From contig CAJINV010000003.1 in assembly GCA_905178155.1 (NCBI GenBank), positions 9,555,979 through 9,619,978 of the forward strand: a stretch of 64,000 bases of DNA. The letters are read 5' to 3'. The DNA is from Amoebophrya sp. A120. Taxonomy: Eukaryota > Protista > Dinoflagellata. Every line of letters begins with the position of its first letter. Position 1 is the stretch's first letter. The translations under genes and the position numbers were made by a program. The notes beneath the pieces were generated by a model that worked only from the letters and a program-made list of their open reading frames with translations, searched no databases and had not been told where the DNA came from. Below, piece by piece: positions 24,601 to 36,600 of the stretch.

Positions 24601-27600
24601 CAGCGAACTTCATCTGGGACCTCTACTCGAAAGCAGTGCTGCCAGCAGCTTAAGCGCAGCGCGCCAATGAGAGCCCTGCAACCAGACGAGACGCCAGATT
24701 TGATTATCACGGGCCACCGCGCTCGCAGAAATGAACAGGGCTTACCGTATGGTTGTGATGTGAAACATAATACGCGCGCCGAGTCAGTTCGCACATTGCC
24801 TCGCGGCAAGGTTCGCCCGGGGGGGGGGCTTGCGCCACAAAAGGCTGCCCGTGCTGCTGGCTTCCGTTGCTTCCCGCTGCGGGAAAAGTAGCAGTGGGCG
24901 GGGCACGCACTCAGGGAAACGGGGGGGCGCTCTGCAGAGCGAAAACGGGTGGCGGCCCCGTGTTGGAGAATATTGTACGGCGGGCGGGTCGCGCGGCGCG
25001 CGCCGTTGCGCCCGCCTGCTTCCTTGTTTGCGCCTGCGGCAGAGACATTACCAGCCGGAGCGCTGGACATGAAAGGGGGTCGGCGGCGTAACGCCTGGAG
25101 GCGCTTGCCCTTGCCCCCGTTCGCCACGCGCGGGCGGCCTTCCCTCCGGCCCGCCCGAAGAGAAGGCCACGCCCGTCCCCCGAAGGCACGGCGGGAAGAT
25201 TGCGAACGGCTGGCCCGTCCCGCTTCTCTCGGCTTCATTTGTCCGCGGCAAGCTTCCTGCGGGCCCCATGCAGAACTAGAGAAATCGCGCCCCCCGTAGG
25301 TCGGGGGGTGCTCGGTCGCAAGTTCGAAAGAGGTCTGACAGCTCGCGCCCTTCCGGTTTTGGGGCAGTCCCTGGCGTTCTTGCTGCTCCTCAAAGCTGCC
25401 CCCGCTTCAGGGACCTTGAGACCACTGTCGCGCATTTCGTTTCTCTAGTGGGGGCAAGCGCCCGCGGACGACTCGCCTGCGGGCTTTTCTTCCCCCTTCG
25501 CCAGGCGCCCGCGGCCTTTCTACTAGCAAGCAGCCCCGCTGCCTTTTCGTCTACAACTGCATGCATGCATCGCCGGCGGCCGCAGAGCGAATACTGCTCG
25601 CCTGATTGCGGCAATCCGTCTGCCTGCCCCCAGCTGGAGACGCTAATAGTAAAAATAGGTACGGAAAAATTTTTCCGGTTTCCATCAGCATTTTGAAAAT
25701 GAAAGAAACGAACCGCGTGGCCATTGTGATACATGAGAGCGTAGTCCAATAGATCGCGCTCTGCCGAGGTCATCTCTTCGTCCGTAAGAAGGACCTTGTA
25801 GAAGGAAAATCAGCACCGGCGCGAAAACCTTCCACGCAGTACACAATACAAACTGCAAAAAATTTCTCCGAGGTAGTGCCTCTGGTCTAGGCCTGTACCT
25901 CTACCGCGCTACTATGTGGCTAGTGTCTCTATGCTTGAGCTGTACCAAAGGGTCCTGGGTGTGTGTATGCTCATCATGTTGATCCAGTGCACGCCTAGCC
26001 CTAGCTAACTCTATGGCTGCCATCATAGCAATACAGAGCTACGGATCTTCATCCGCGGGCCATCATGTCCCTCGGCCTTTACACTGTTGGGGTCTTTAGA
26101 CTATTGGAGTTGAAGAACTCTGCGAGGTCGTGCGTCGGTGCAAACTTATTCGCCATAGACCTCTTGATCGTCTTGCTTCTTCCCGACATCTTGAAAAGCC
26201 AAATCGCGCACCTGCTTTTGTAGCTGTGCTTTCTTTCTCCGGAGTGCGGCCTTCTTGGGCTCGTCTAGTCCCTTTGCATCCGCGAGCTCCTTCTCCACAG
26301 TTGCAAGTTCCTGTCGGACTCGACGGTCATGCTTGGCCCTCTCCATCCTTGCAAGGGCTTCTTGGTGGGCTCTGTCTTCGACCTTGTACCAACGTCGTGG
26401 GTTGCGAATGTCGAGCAGCGTTTCTTGATAGTCAGCAGATACTAAATCTGCTAGGGAACGTGGCCGCAAAAACTCTGGGTGTTGGTCGGCATAGTAGGCG
26501 AGTTTCATTTTTCTTTCGTAATATGGCTGCAGCTCCACGAATATCCACTTCTTAATTTCTTTCTTTTCATGTTCGGAAATATTTCTTTGCACGCGGCCAC
26601 TGTACCGCTTTCTCCAATAAGCCTGTATTTGGGAATAAAACGGTATTATTTGGGAGTAGATGTCAGAATCCCCTTCCTCGTCTTCGAACCAGGGCTTGCT
26701 CGGATAGTCGAAGCAGATGTACTGCCATTTGGTAGCGTACTGGACATGCTTTCCTTTCTTAGGATTTAGCTCCCAATCGTTCCAGCCTTCCGCAGGCTCA
26801 TTGCTCCAGAATAGAGTAGCCGCCTCTTGTCCTCCCGGAATATATTTGTTTCCCGGTTGGTCTCCGGGATATATCAGACGTTGGCTTAGGTCGTTCTCGA
26901 TGTAGTGAACGCCGCGTCGGAAGTCGTCATCGTCTGGCGTGTGAGGTTTCAGATGCCCTTGCCGTGGGACGATACTCAATATGTATAGACGCCAAAAAGG
27001 TAAAACGCAAACAGGTCTTCAGGCAGGGGAGGAGGGAACAGAACGAACTTCCCGGCATCCGCCCACTCGCTGCATGTCCTGAAATAGCCTTGGCAGAGGA
27101 CAAAGAGGGGCCCGGCCGAAACAAACGGGTCGGCTATGGGCCGGTGCTGGATTGCAACATCCTCGTGCTTGGTCGTGTCTGTGAACTGTCGCATTGGCTG
27201 TGCGCTGCAGTCGCGCCTGCTGTGCGGCGTTCATCAACAGAGTGGGCACCGGCGCAACCAACGCAAGCGAGCGACGTGCCGAAGCGCGCCGCAACGGCGG
27301 GCTCGGTATTTTCTTCGAACATCACATAAAGCGGCAGAGACCGAAAGGGCCCGGGAGGCTCAGCAAGCAGGCTGCAGGCCTTCCACTGCGCTCTGTCTCG
27401 ATTCCCGAGGGGCCGCACATCGGACACACAGACACACATGCGGGCCGGCCCCGCCGGACACGACACATTCAATGAGTACCGAGCCCACCTCGGGCACAAA
27501 CCAATGACTCCAAACAGGCGGGGCCGCTTGTAATGCCGGGGCCGGGGAGCCGGGCGCGCAGGCTTGCGGAGCAAATTGGTAACGCTAGCAGAGTCGTTCT

Positions 27601-30600
27601 GGGAAGCGCCCCCGCGGAAGAGCACACGGCCCGGGCGCAGTTTGTGGGGGGGGGGATGGGGCTGGGGCTATGGCAGAACGTGGGGTCCAGACGGCCTCTA
27701 CGGGCTCGTCGGGCGCCGATAGCAACGCACACACTGGAGCGGGAGCACCGCGCCAGTCTTGGACCGCGGCGGGCCGCGCTCTCATCCTCTTCTAGCCAGA
27801 GAGGAGGGCGCGCAAAAGCCCACCCGTTTCACTTTCAGCACGCCGCCGGCCGTCGCGCATAAACATACTTAGCGCTATGCACCGGGGCAGGCGGGCCGGC
27901 AAAAGTAGGCAAATGGCAAAAAGTTGCGCAATTTTTGCCGTTTGCGGCAGCCCTTGCTTTTGGACCGCCCAAGTCGGGCATTTGTAATCGGCGGGGCAAA
28001 GGTTCCAATTTGGCACCTCCGAGATAACGAAAACCGTGGAAGGTGGATACTTACACCTCTATAGAATCTAGAAACCCTTTTTCTTTGTCAATCTCGAAGG
28101 CAGGGGCCCTGTGACAACTTCAAAACCTTCCTTTCAGCTGCCGCATCAGCTCGGGTCTTGCATTTTATACAAAAGATGCGCTTTTCGGCTACGCACCGGC
28201 CTCCGGGACATGCTGCATAGAGTCGGTTTGTTTTCAGGCCCATTACAGTTCGCAAAAAGTCGCACTCCTTTTTGAATCGGACGGAGCCGACGAAGTCCGT
28301 TTTTACCCTTTCCCCCAACCAGGCCGCGCCGATTTTGCTGCATTTTCAAAAACTGGGCCAGATTTTTCGGGGTGAACTTTCTGGCGGCCAAACGACATCG
28401 AAGGTGGCCCGCTTTGCCAGTGGTTGCATGCCCCCGAGTTCCTCCCATATGGCAATGGCGGAGCCCTCACGCCTCGTTTGCGAAGGACGATGGGCGTCTC
28501 GGCGAAGCGCTCTTGCGAGCGCTTGCGCACGCCTTGGCTACCAAATAAAAGAAGCACACGACAAAGTAGCTTCGAACTGCTTACTTACTACCGCCACCCA
28601 TAGCCATATCCATTCCACCGCCGTGGCCGTGCAGTAAGTTCTGCTGCCTTATCGCCCGCCCTCGTGGTCTGTTTGGAATAGCGATGTCTTTCCCTGACCT
28701 ACTATATTGTACTTCTCCAAAAGCCGCTGCTTGCGCATGCTTGCATCAAACCACTGCAACAAAGCAAACTTCTCCTCGTCCTCTAACCGTTCATCATCAC
28801 CACGCTTCTTCTTTGACAGCCAGTCGTCGCGCATGTCGTCCAAAGATTGGCATACCTCTTTGGACTCCATAAGGCGTCTCTTGTCACTGGGCTTCAGGGT
28901 TTCCATCCAATTCCAGTTTTCGGGTTCCTCCTTGAACAGCTCCACAAGCCAATCCGGACCTAATGCCGCTCCTGGCCTGGCTGCCTCCTGTGCCATTTCC
29001 TCCTCGACTTTTTTCACCTGCGCGCGATACTCTTTTTTCAGCTTTTTCATACCCTCTTCTTTATCCTTTTTCATCTGGTCCTTCCTCCCTTCTTCGTCCC
29101 GCATTCTTCGAAATTCCGCCTCGTCTTTTTTCATCAAGTCACACACTACAGGCAAAGAATTCGCATCCCCTTCTTCATACCCACAAAATAGGAATAGCTC
29201 GTACGCGCGCAGCAATTGTTTCGTTTTTTCCATTGTACATAGGAGAATGCCAAGCCCCAAGCAGGTTTGGCCCAGAAGCGGTGCGCGAGCACTCCCCGGT
29301 CACACGCGGACACTGCGAGCCAGTATCGGCTTGCGTCGGAGTTGAGGCAGTCCAGCCAAGCGCTGCTATGCCAGTTGCTTTCTGACGGTGCCAGTCGTGC
29401 GTGCCCGAGTCCAGAAACCAATTGCGTGCTGACGGGCCGGCGGCGGCTGCCCTGTCTGACGACTCCTACACAAACCTGAAACCTGCACCGTAGGCCCGAG
29501 CCTGATTTCGCCAACCCAATTGCTTGCAAGACCTGAAATCACTAAGTCTGATTCCAGGTTGCTCACGTGCCCTCCTCTGCAACCAAAAATCATGCCACCC
29601 AGCGTGATGGATTTTATCCGGGCACGTAGCGTGTCATGCGCGCGCATGATGCACACCGATCCGAAAACGGTGCACAGCAAACGGAGGTCGAGACACTGCT
29701 ACTGAAGCCCGAGCAACAAAGCGAAATCCTTGCTCCCCAGCAGGCAATGAAGAAAGAACAAGAAGTTGCCAGCGGTTCACAAGCGCCTAAAGCTCGCGAC
29801 TGCGCCGTGGGCGTGTAGCTTTGATGCTTTGACGAACCGGACTACCGGTGCTTCCGAGAAATAGTACCAGCCGACAACAAGCTCAAGCGCGCCCACTCCT
29901 GTGGAGAAGAGGTGGAAGCGCGACAGCATTAGTCTGCGGCTGCGCGCCCGCGCGGCACCAGCCCTCCCCTAATGAAAAGCCCTGCGACCTTGATCGCCAG
30001 GGGTGACTCGGTCGAGGCAGAAGCACGACGACACTTCTTGGATTCCTACACATCCGCCAGATCCGAAGCCATGCGCCTGCACGTCAATGGCCGAGACTGC
30101 TCGAATCCCGTTGATTGAGAACGACAGCGATGTCATAGAGCAGGTGTTCGCAACACTTTTCACGCCTGCGTCAGAGCATATGACTTTTTTGCGTATGTTT
30201 TCGAAGTGGATGGATTTTCTATACCCTTACGCACAAGATCCGATGGACTTTCTCACCAAACCGGTAATCTAACGTCGAGTGGCCACCTTGCGAAGCCTTG
30301 GCCTCTAGTTCCTTCAGTTCGTCTGCCGTCAAATTTTTGCGATTACCGAAATACATCACCTTGCCCTCATCGTCTCGAATCGGGATCGCCCCGCGACTAT
30401 GCCCCTTGAGAAGTTGCGAAAAAATAGGCACAAATCCTGGCACGATCGACGGAACTTCTATCTTCATTTCCCTGCACTCAACATCGACGTATTTCTGCAA
30501 CTTCTTGTTCCAGATTAACTTTTCCTGCCCCGGCCGTTGAAGCCAAACCATCATGTATACAACAAAGCACAGGAATCCAACTGGGTATCCGATGAGACCT

Positions 30601-33600
30601 AGCAGGCACGCGAATTTGACGAGGTAAGGCGACGGATGAAACCCGAAAAACACTATGTCCCGACTACGCCAGAAATCCGGACTAAGTGCGTGCGCGTTGG
30701 TCTAGGAACGGGGAGCTTTGGACGCTATCCAAAATGATTAATGAAGCAGTCACAGCCACGGCACAGCCCAACACCAGGCAAAGTACATTACGCCGAAGCA
30801 ATAGCGTCGCAGGAATTACGCCGATTGGCCGCAGGAAAAAGCGGGCGGCAGGCTCGGTCGCGGCATAGAATCCCGCGGGCGCCTGTTCCATAAAGCACCA
30901 GCCGCGGGCTCGCTGCGCCAGCCCTCGCCAAAGCGCTGCCGCTGAAAAAACCAATCGTGTGCTCGCTTCTTCAGGCGAGCGAGTGACTGTTGTCCGTGCT
31001 AATTGAGTTCCTGAGAGTAAGTGGCTGGCAAGCTGTGTTTCAACAATTTGCCACCAGAACTTGACTAAAAAACGCCCGTTTTGATGTCGAACAGCCAAGA
31101 CTGGGGAGTTGCCTCGGAAAAATTGCACCAGGGTGCTCTTAATCCTTGGCTTGAGGCGGGACTTACACTACCTCCTCTTCCGTGTTAGTCCTACCAACCT
31201 CCATGAAAAAAACCAAAAGCAGGGCCGTGGCGCGACGCTGGTCGCCACGGCGCCGCAGCGCCCCGCTCGCTTACCAGGGGGCGACACGGGCGCCCCGCGC
31301 TACGTCTGGGGCTGCGCTGCTGCGGTGAATGAGCCACGCCGGCGCCCGCTCGCGTCCGTAGGTGCCGCTCACAGTTCGGCAGCATGGGTATACAGAGAAG
31401 CGCGCCGGCGCACGGCTGCGCTTACCTCATCTACGCGCCCAAGGTCCTGCCTGGTCTATCCTTCTCGGGCCCCATGCGCGTCTGTAGCTGTAGCACTTTC
31501 CGTTTCCTTCTGAAATAGATATGAATATCGCGCCCGCGCGCGGATAAGCGCAGCGCGCGCTCGCCGGCTGGTATGCCTTCGGCTACCTAGCTACCGGGCC
31601 AATACAGAGCGGAGATCCACGTGCAACTCGGCCGCAGTGAGCCCTTTTTTTTTGGCCGGCCGCCCTTTCGTGTGGGGCTCCGGCTACGGGCGCTGGGCCC
31701 ACCAGCGGCGCCCCCTCCGGTCCATTCGAGAAAACGGCCACCAGCCGCGGCAGAAGTCCACTGGATCGCTCCAGGCTACTTTGCAGCCGCAGTCCGAGGG
31801 TTACTGGTTTGACGCTCGGCAAAGGAGCGCACCCACCTTGGGACCGACTGCGGGCGGAGGAGGGCCTACATGGGCCTACCGCCACTGCGAAATCACCTTG
31901 CCGCCTACTCGACTGGAGTTATTTTTGTGGGGCAGGGCGTTCGGCTTTGGACTACCAGCAGCCCCGTTTGCGCGACGAAGTTGTTTCCCACCTGCAGCAC
32001 GAAACCAACAAAGCACGCACTTTCCCCGGATTTTCAGCGTAACCTTATCAGAAAACATGAGGTTGCTAGCTGCTTTGCTGAAGTTGATGAGCCCGTAGTC
32101 GAGCAAGAAAATCCAGAGTGGTCCCGCTTCGAGTGTCATCAGTCGGGTCTGCTGCTTTCGGTACACCAAAAAAAAATATGTCCAGTAGAAGGCGAATCCT
32201 GTGATCATCAGAATACAAATGACGATCAGGTTTCCAGCCACGCCATTCAACATCTTCTGCAGGTCCTCCAGCTCTCGCAAGGTGTCTAGCGCTTTTTCTC
32301 TTGCTGCGGCTGCATTGCCTTCGCAGCTCAAGATGGGCAAGCCATGCTTGTCGAAAGTAGTTTCTTCGAAAATCTGCAGCCGCCGCGATTTAGTGCTTGC
32401 TAGCTCCAGCTCACTGTGGTACGTCGGATGCGCCGTCTCGTTTTCAACCGTCGAGGCGGAGTCTTCACCTGGCCAAGAAATATCACGCGAAAAGATATTG
32501 CCTGCGCCAAAGTCGTACGAGTTTCCATTCCCAGAAGCATTGACTCGCTGTCCGATATGAAAACCACGACGCTTCCTCGTATCTGCACCTTGCTTGCGCG
32601 ATTTCTGGCCCTGCAGCGTCGCCGCTCCCTGGATCGATGTCCATATTGAAAATGCAAAGCTTCTACTTCCAAGTAACAAGCCCTGCGCGTTCGTTCGTGC
32701 GGAGCGGTCTGGATGGACCGAAACGCTACGCAGGTGCCGGTATTCCTCTTCCAAAGCAAGTGGGTCGCTCTCGGTGACGCGCTCTGCTCCTGAACGAAAT
32801 ACGTTACTAGCGCGCTTCTGTTGTTGTCCCGTAGTTTTTAATAGCAGGCCAGCCGCGTTTGTGTTGGTGCGACTCACGACAAGCCTAGCGCTGGCGATAG
32901 TAGAGTCTTTATCAGCCACCTCCTCTGTGCCCGTTTTCTTCTTTTCTGCCTGCCCATTATCTTCATGCTGCAGTACATAGACTGGAGCAGCCTGTGCTGC
33001 TACATCGCCTCTGGGAATATCAGCGGCGTGCGGTCCTGGTTCTGCTGCAGAATTGTTGACGGCGTACACGAGAGGTGACGGTGATAGCGGGCGCAGTTGT
33101 GCAGTTGTACCTGCCTGCGCAAGTCTTCTGGAAGACTTTGCCGCCCCGAAGAGGGGAGCACCTGCATCGTAAGTAGTCTCCAGAGGACCCACCCCGATGC
33201 TCGACGCAGCTTGAGCGATAAATTCTTCGAAGAACTCGGGCCCATACACTTTCAGATATTTGCGAGCGGCTTCGTGACTCTCCGAATGAAGTTTCTTGCA
33301 GTAGATCGTAGTCACTTTGATCTGTCCAAGAATCTGCTCTTTGTAAGCGTGGAACTTAGCAGGCCCCATGGTGAGCCAGTCGGGCATGAACTGTTTGATG
33401 TCAAAGTTGAACCCCGAAATTGATTTGGTAAAATCGGCGTATACCTTTGGACATCCCCGGATATCTGCCGTGAGGTCCATAAACTGGATCTGTTTTGCCA
33501 GCGCCATCAGGTTTCCTGCGCTAGCGACGGACATAACTACCGCGACGGTGGTCGCCGTTTTTGATACGGCTCTACTGAGTTCGGGCGAACCATCTCGATA

Positions 33601-36600
33601 ATCAGGGAAGTAGCTAGCGCGCTTCATTTGCGTTTCTGCGCCACCCATTCCAACAAGCCCGCGGACACGGTTTTTCGTCTTACCGAGCCCAGTCGCAACA
33701 ATTCAACCCCAAAAACTGCGCGACTTCTCGGCCCGCCATACGCATCCTGCCGTGCCTAATAGTAATATCACTCACCACCGCACGGCGATCGATATAAATC
33801 GTGGCCAGAAGGAGCTGCGAGCCCCTTCAGCCCGAGAAGGAAAGCCGGCTCCGCATGCCATGACTCCGCCTGGGCACCCGCCACCCGGGGTGCCTAAAAT
33901 CGGGCCTATAGCATGAGCGCGAGCCTTCGCAGTCTGCAGGCGCCGGTGGCTTTTTTGTTATGCATTTCTTCAAAACGACGCACGTTTTGGCCGGCTCCAG
34001 AAGTTGGCGAAAGCAAGGGCATCAGCATGCGCACTTGCTGTCTTTTTTCCGCTGCCATTTTGCTGCCGCCCATATTTTGGCAGCCCAAACGAACCCCCCA
34101 AACCTTGGGCGGCGGGCGCTCCCTTTGCCTTTACCGGCTCACTTGCGAGACCAATAGTAGCATTGCAAACGGCCGGCGCGCGCGCGCCATCTTCCCACCG
34201 TGCCTACCGCATGCCCCTGAGCTACTCTACGAAGCAACAATAACAAATTACCTCGCGCCGCAATAAGAACAGTGGCGCTGGGCCGACGCCTTTCGTGGAA
34301 CAGCGCAGCACCTAGCGCCTAATAGCATATTTTATTTATCTCGGCGGAAGCCAGCGCAGCAACCTTCTCTTCCATCGCGCTAGTTATTCTGCTAATTATC
34401 ATGTCGCTAGTCCCTCCCATAAAGTAATGCTCGCCTTCATCCACCACGGACATTGTCGGTAAAACATAGCTATCCAGTGCAAAAATATCGTGCTCACATG
34501 AGACCGCCACTACATTTAAGCAAGGACCAAGAAGTTGGCGAGAAGTGAACTCTGAGGCTGGTCGAGAAGCGGGCGGAGAAGTTGGCGCCGACGCTGGTGG
34601 AGAAGTAGCCATCTTTTCCACCCACTGTAAGCTCTCGACAACGCGCAACGCTTCGAGATATTTTGTAGGAGGCGCCGCTCCCGAATCTGCGGGCCGTGGC
34701 CAAGCCGTGGCGTGCCTGTGGGTGCGTGGCCTCGGCAGCTATAAAAAAACGAACGAAGCCGCCAAACCTCGAGAACGCCTCGACCTCACAACCAGGGCCG
34801 CGCACCACTCAAACCGTTGGCCATGGAAATCGATCCCGCACACACGTAGCACGATCGTCCCAAATGAGGCCCGTTCCCAATGCCATGACAGCGCGCGACA
34901 GCGCTGAAGGACTTGAGCTGGCTAGATCCTTCACTCTGTTCCTCGGTGGTCATAGAGCAAAGACATAGAGCAACTGAGGCCAGTCACGACCTGGGTACCA
35001 GCTTGCCGCACCGTGAGAAACCTCACGAGGCGGATCCGTTTCATGGAATCCGCCACGATGCTGAACATTGCTAGTTCCGCCGTGGAATATGAGGAAGCTG
35101 CCTGGTCAGAGAGAATTGGCTCAGGTCCTCGCGTCTTTACCATGTTCCTAGCGAGCTGATTCGTGAGATCGGGAGACGATGGCGAATTGATGGAAACACT
35201 GACGGAGGTGAATGAGCTGAACCTACAGGACGCAGCGCATGAAGAGACTTGCGCCACTTGCTTGCGTGCTTGCATCTGAGGGGACCAAGCTGCTGCCTAT
35301 AACGAGCGCAGTGGGGCAAGTGCGTGCAAGTGTGTGCGAACGTTCTCAAGTCCAGCAACACAGACACTGCTATGCTATATCTATTGCAATGCAAAATCAG
35401 TATGAAGCTTGAATAGATCAGATGTTATATATGAAGGTAAAAAAAGACGAACTTTATCGCTCGCTGCGCTTCGCGAAAGCAAGGCTCTACTTCTGCTGGG
35501 GGTGCGCGCGTAGTTTGTTTGATTGCAGGCACCCCCTAGCCAGCGTAGAATTGCTTCTAGGTCAACCTCTTACCCAACCCCTCGACCAACTTCCGCGCCC
35601 ACTTTCCAGCCAACTTCTCGCGCTGGAAAGTCTCAGCCCGTCTTCTCCATCGATCTTCGGCCGGATGAACACCGCGACGATCCAACAATCTATCCCTTGC
35701 TAAGACTAAAGCCGTGATGGCCAAACTATTACTCCGCAACTTAAAAGCGAAAGCCAAAAAGGGCATTCGGTACTGTAGAAGCTACCAAGGTGAGCCAGAA
35801 ACTGCACTATTAACCGCTTAAAATTTCCGAACGCTAATCGTCTGCACTGGATTGCATTGAGAGCCGGGCATCTCGAACGACGCAACGCCGCCCGTTTTAG
35901 CAGTGAAGGGGAGTTCAATTGGAGCCCGCTTCGCGCTACCACCCTCACGCTTGGCGTTCGAAAGATACTTCCTAAGCGCTGGAGAGTATCCCCAGCCCCC
36001 GACGAAAACAACCACTATCCCCGTCGCCTCTTGGGGATCGTGGAAGCCGGACAGAAAATCTAGGCCCCAAGCTTGAAAGCCCGGCGGCTCGCTTCTTTGC
36101 AAAATGCATTAAAGCTTGCCGGAAATAAGTACGCCCCCGAGCTTAGTGATCAACGCGGAGCTATACACACTTCGCTGCGGCCAACCTTGCGCAGGGAGTT
36201 TTCTTTCGCGTGCTATCTGTTTTCTTTTCTCCTCTGCGTCTTTTCTTTTCTTTTGTCCTGCTTTGTGTTTGCTTTTTCTTTTCGCAGGGATTTTTTTTCC
36301 GCAGATAGCCTCGCTGCTTTCTTTTATTTCTGGAATTATGTCGGCCGGGGCGTCCGTGCGTGGCGAGCTCTTCGCCCTCTTTTCTTTGTCGCTGGAGCTC
36401 TTTCTTTTATTTTCTTTCTTTCGCGACTTTCTTTTGTGCTTTTCTCCCTCTTGGGACTTCTCAGGCAACGCGCCCACAGTCTGCGCCTCCTCTTTTCACG
36501 AACCGCCTGTCAAATTGCGACGCTTCTCCGGATCTTTTTGCGCGAGAATCAAAAGAAGAGCAAAAGCTTCCGGCCCATATCAAGAACATTTCCGGGTCTT

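Noticed and set aside
26962-28666. CCACG direct repeat as boundary of this intron
   Set aside because: The join produces an immediate stop. A GT-AG pair (28698/26958) fits the frame instead, tentatively.
33754-34325. GCCTAATAG direct repeat as a 9-bp TSD or intron boundary
   Set aside because: No TIR inside, and joining there keeps an in-frame TAG.
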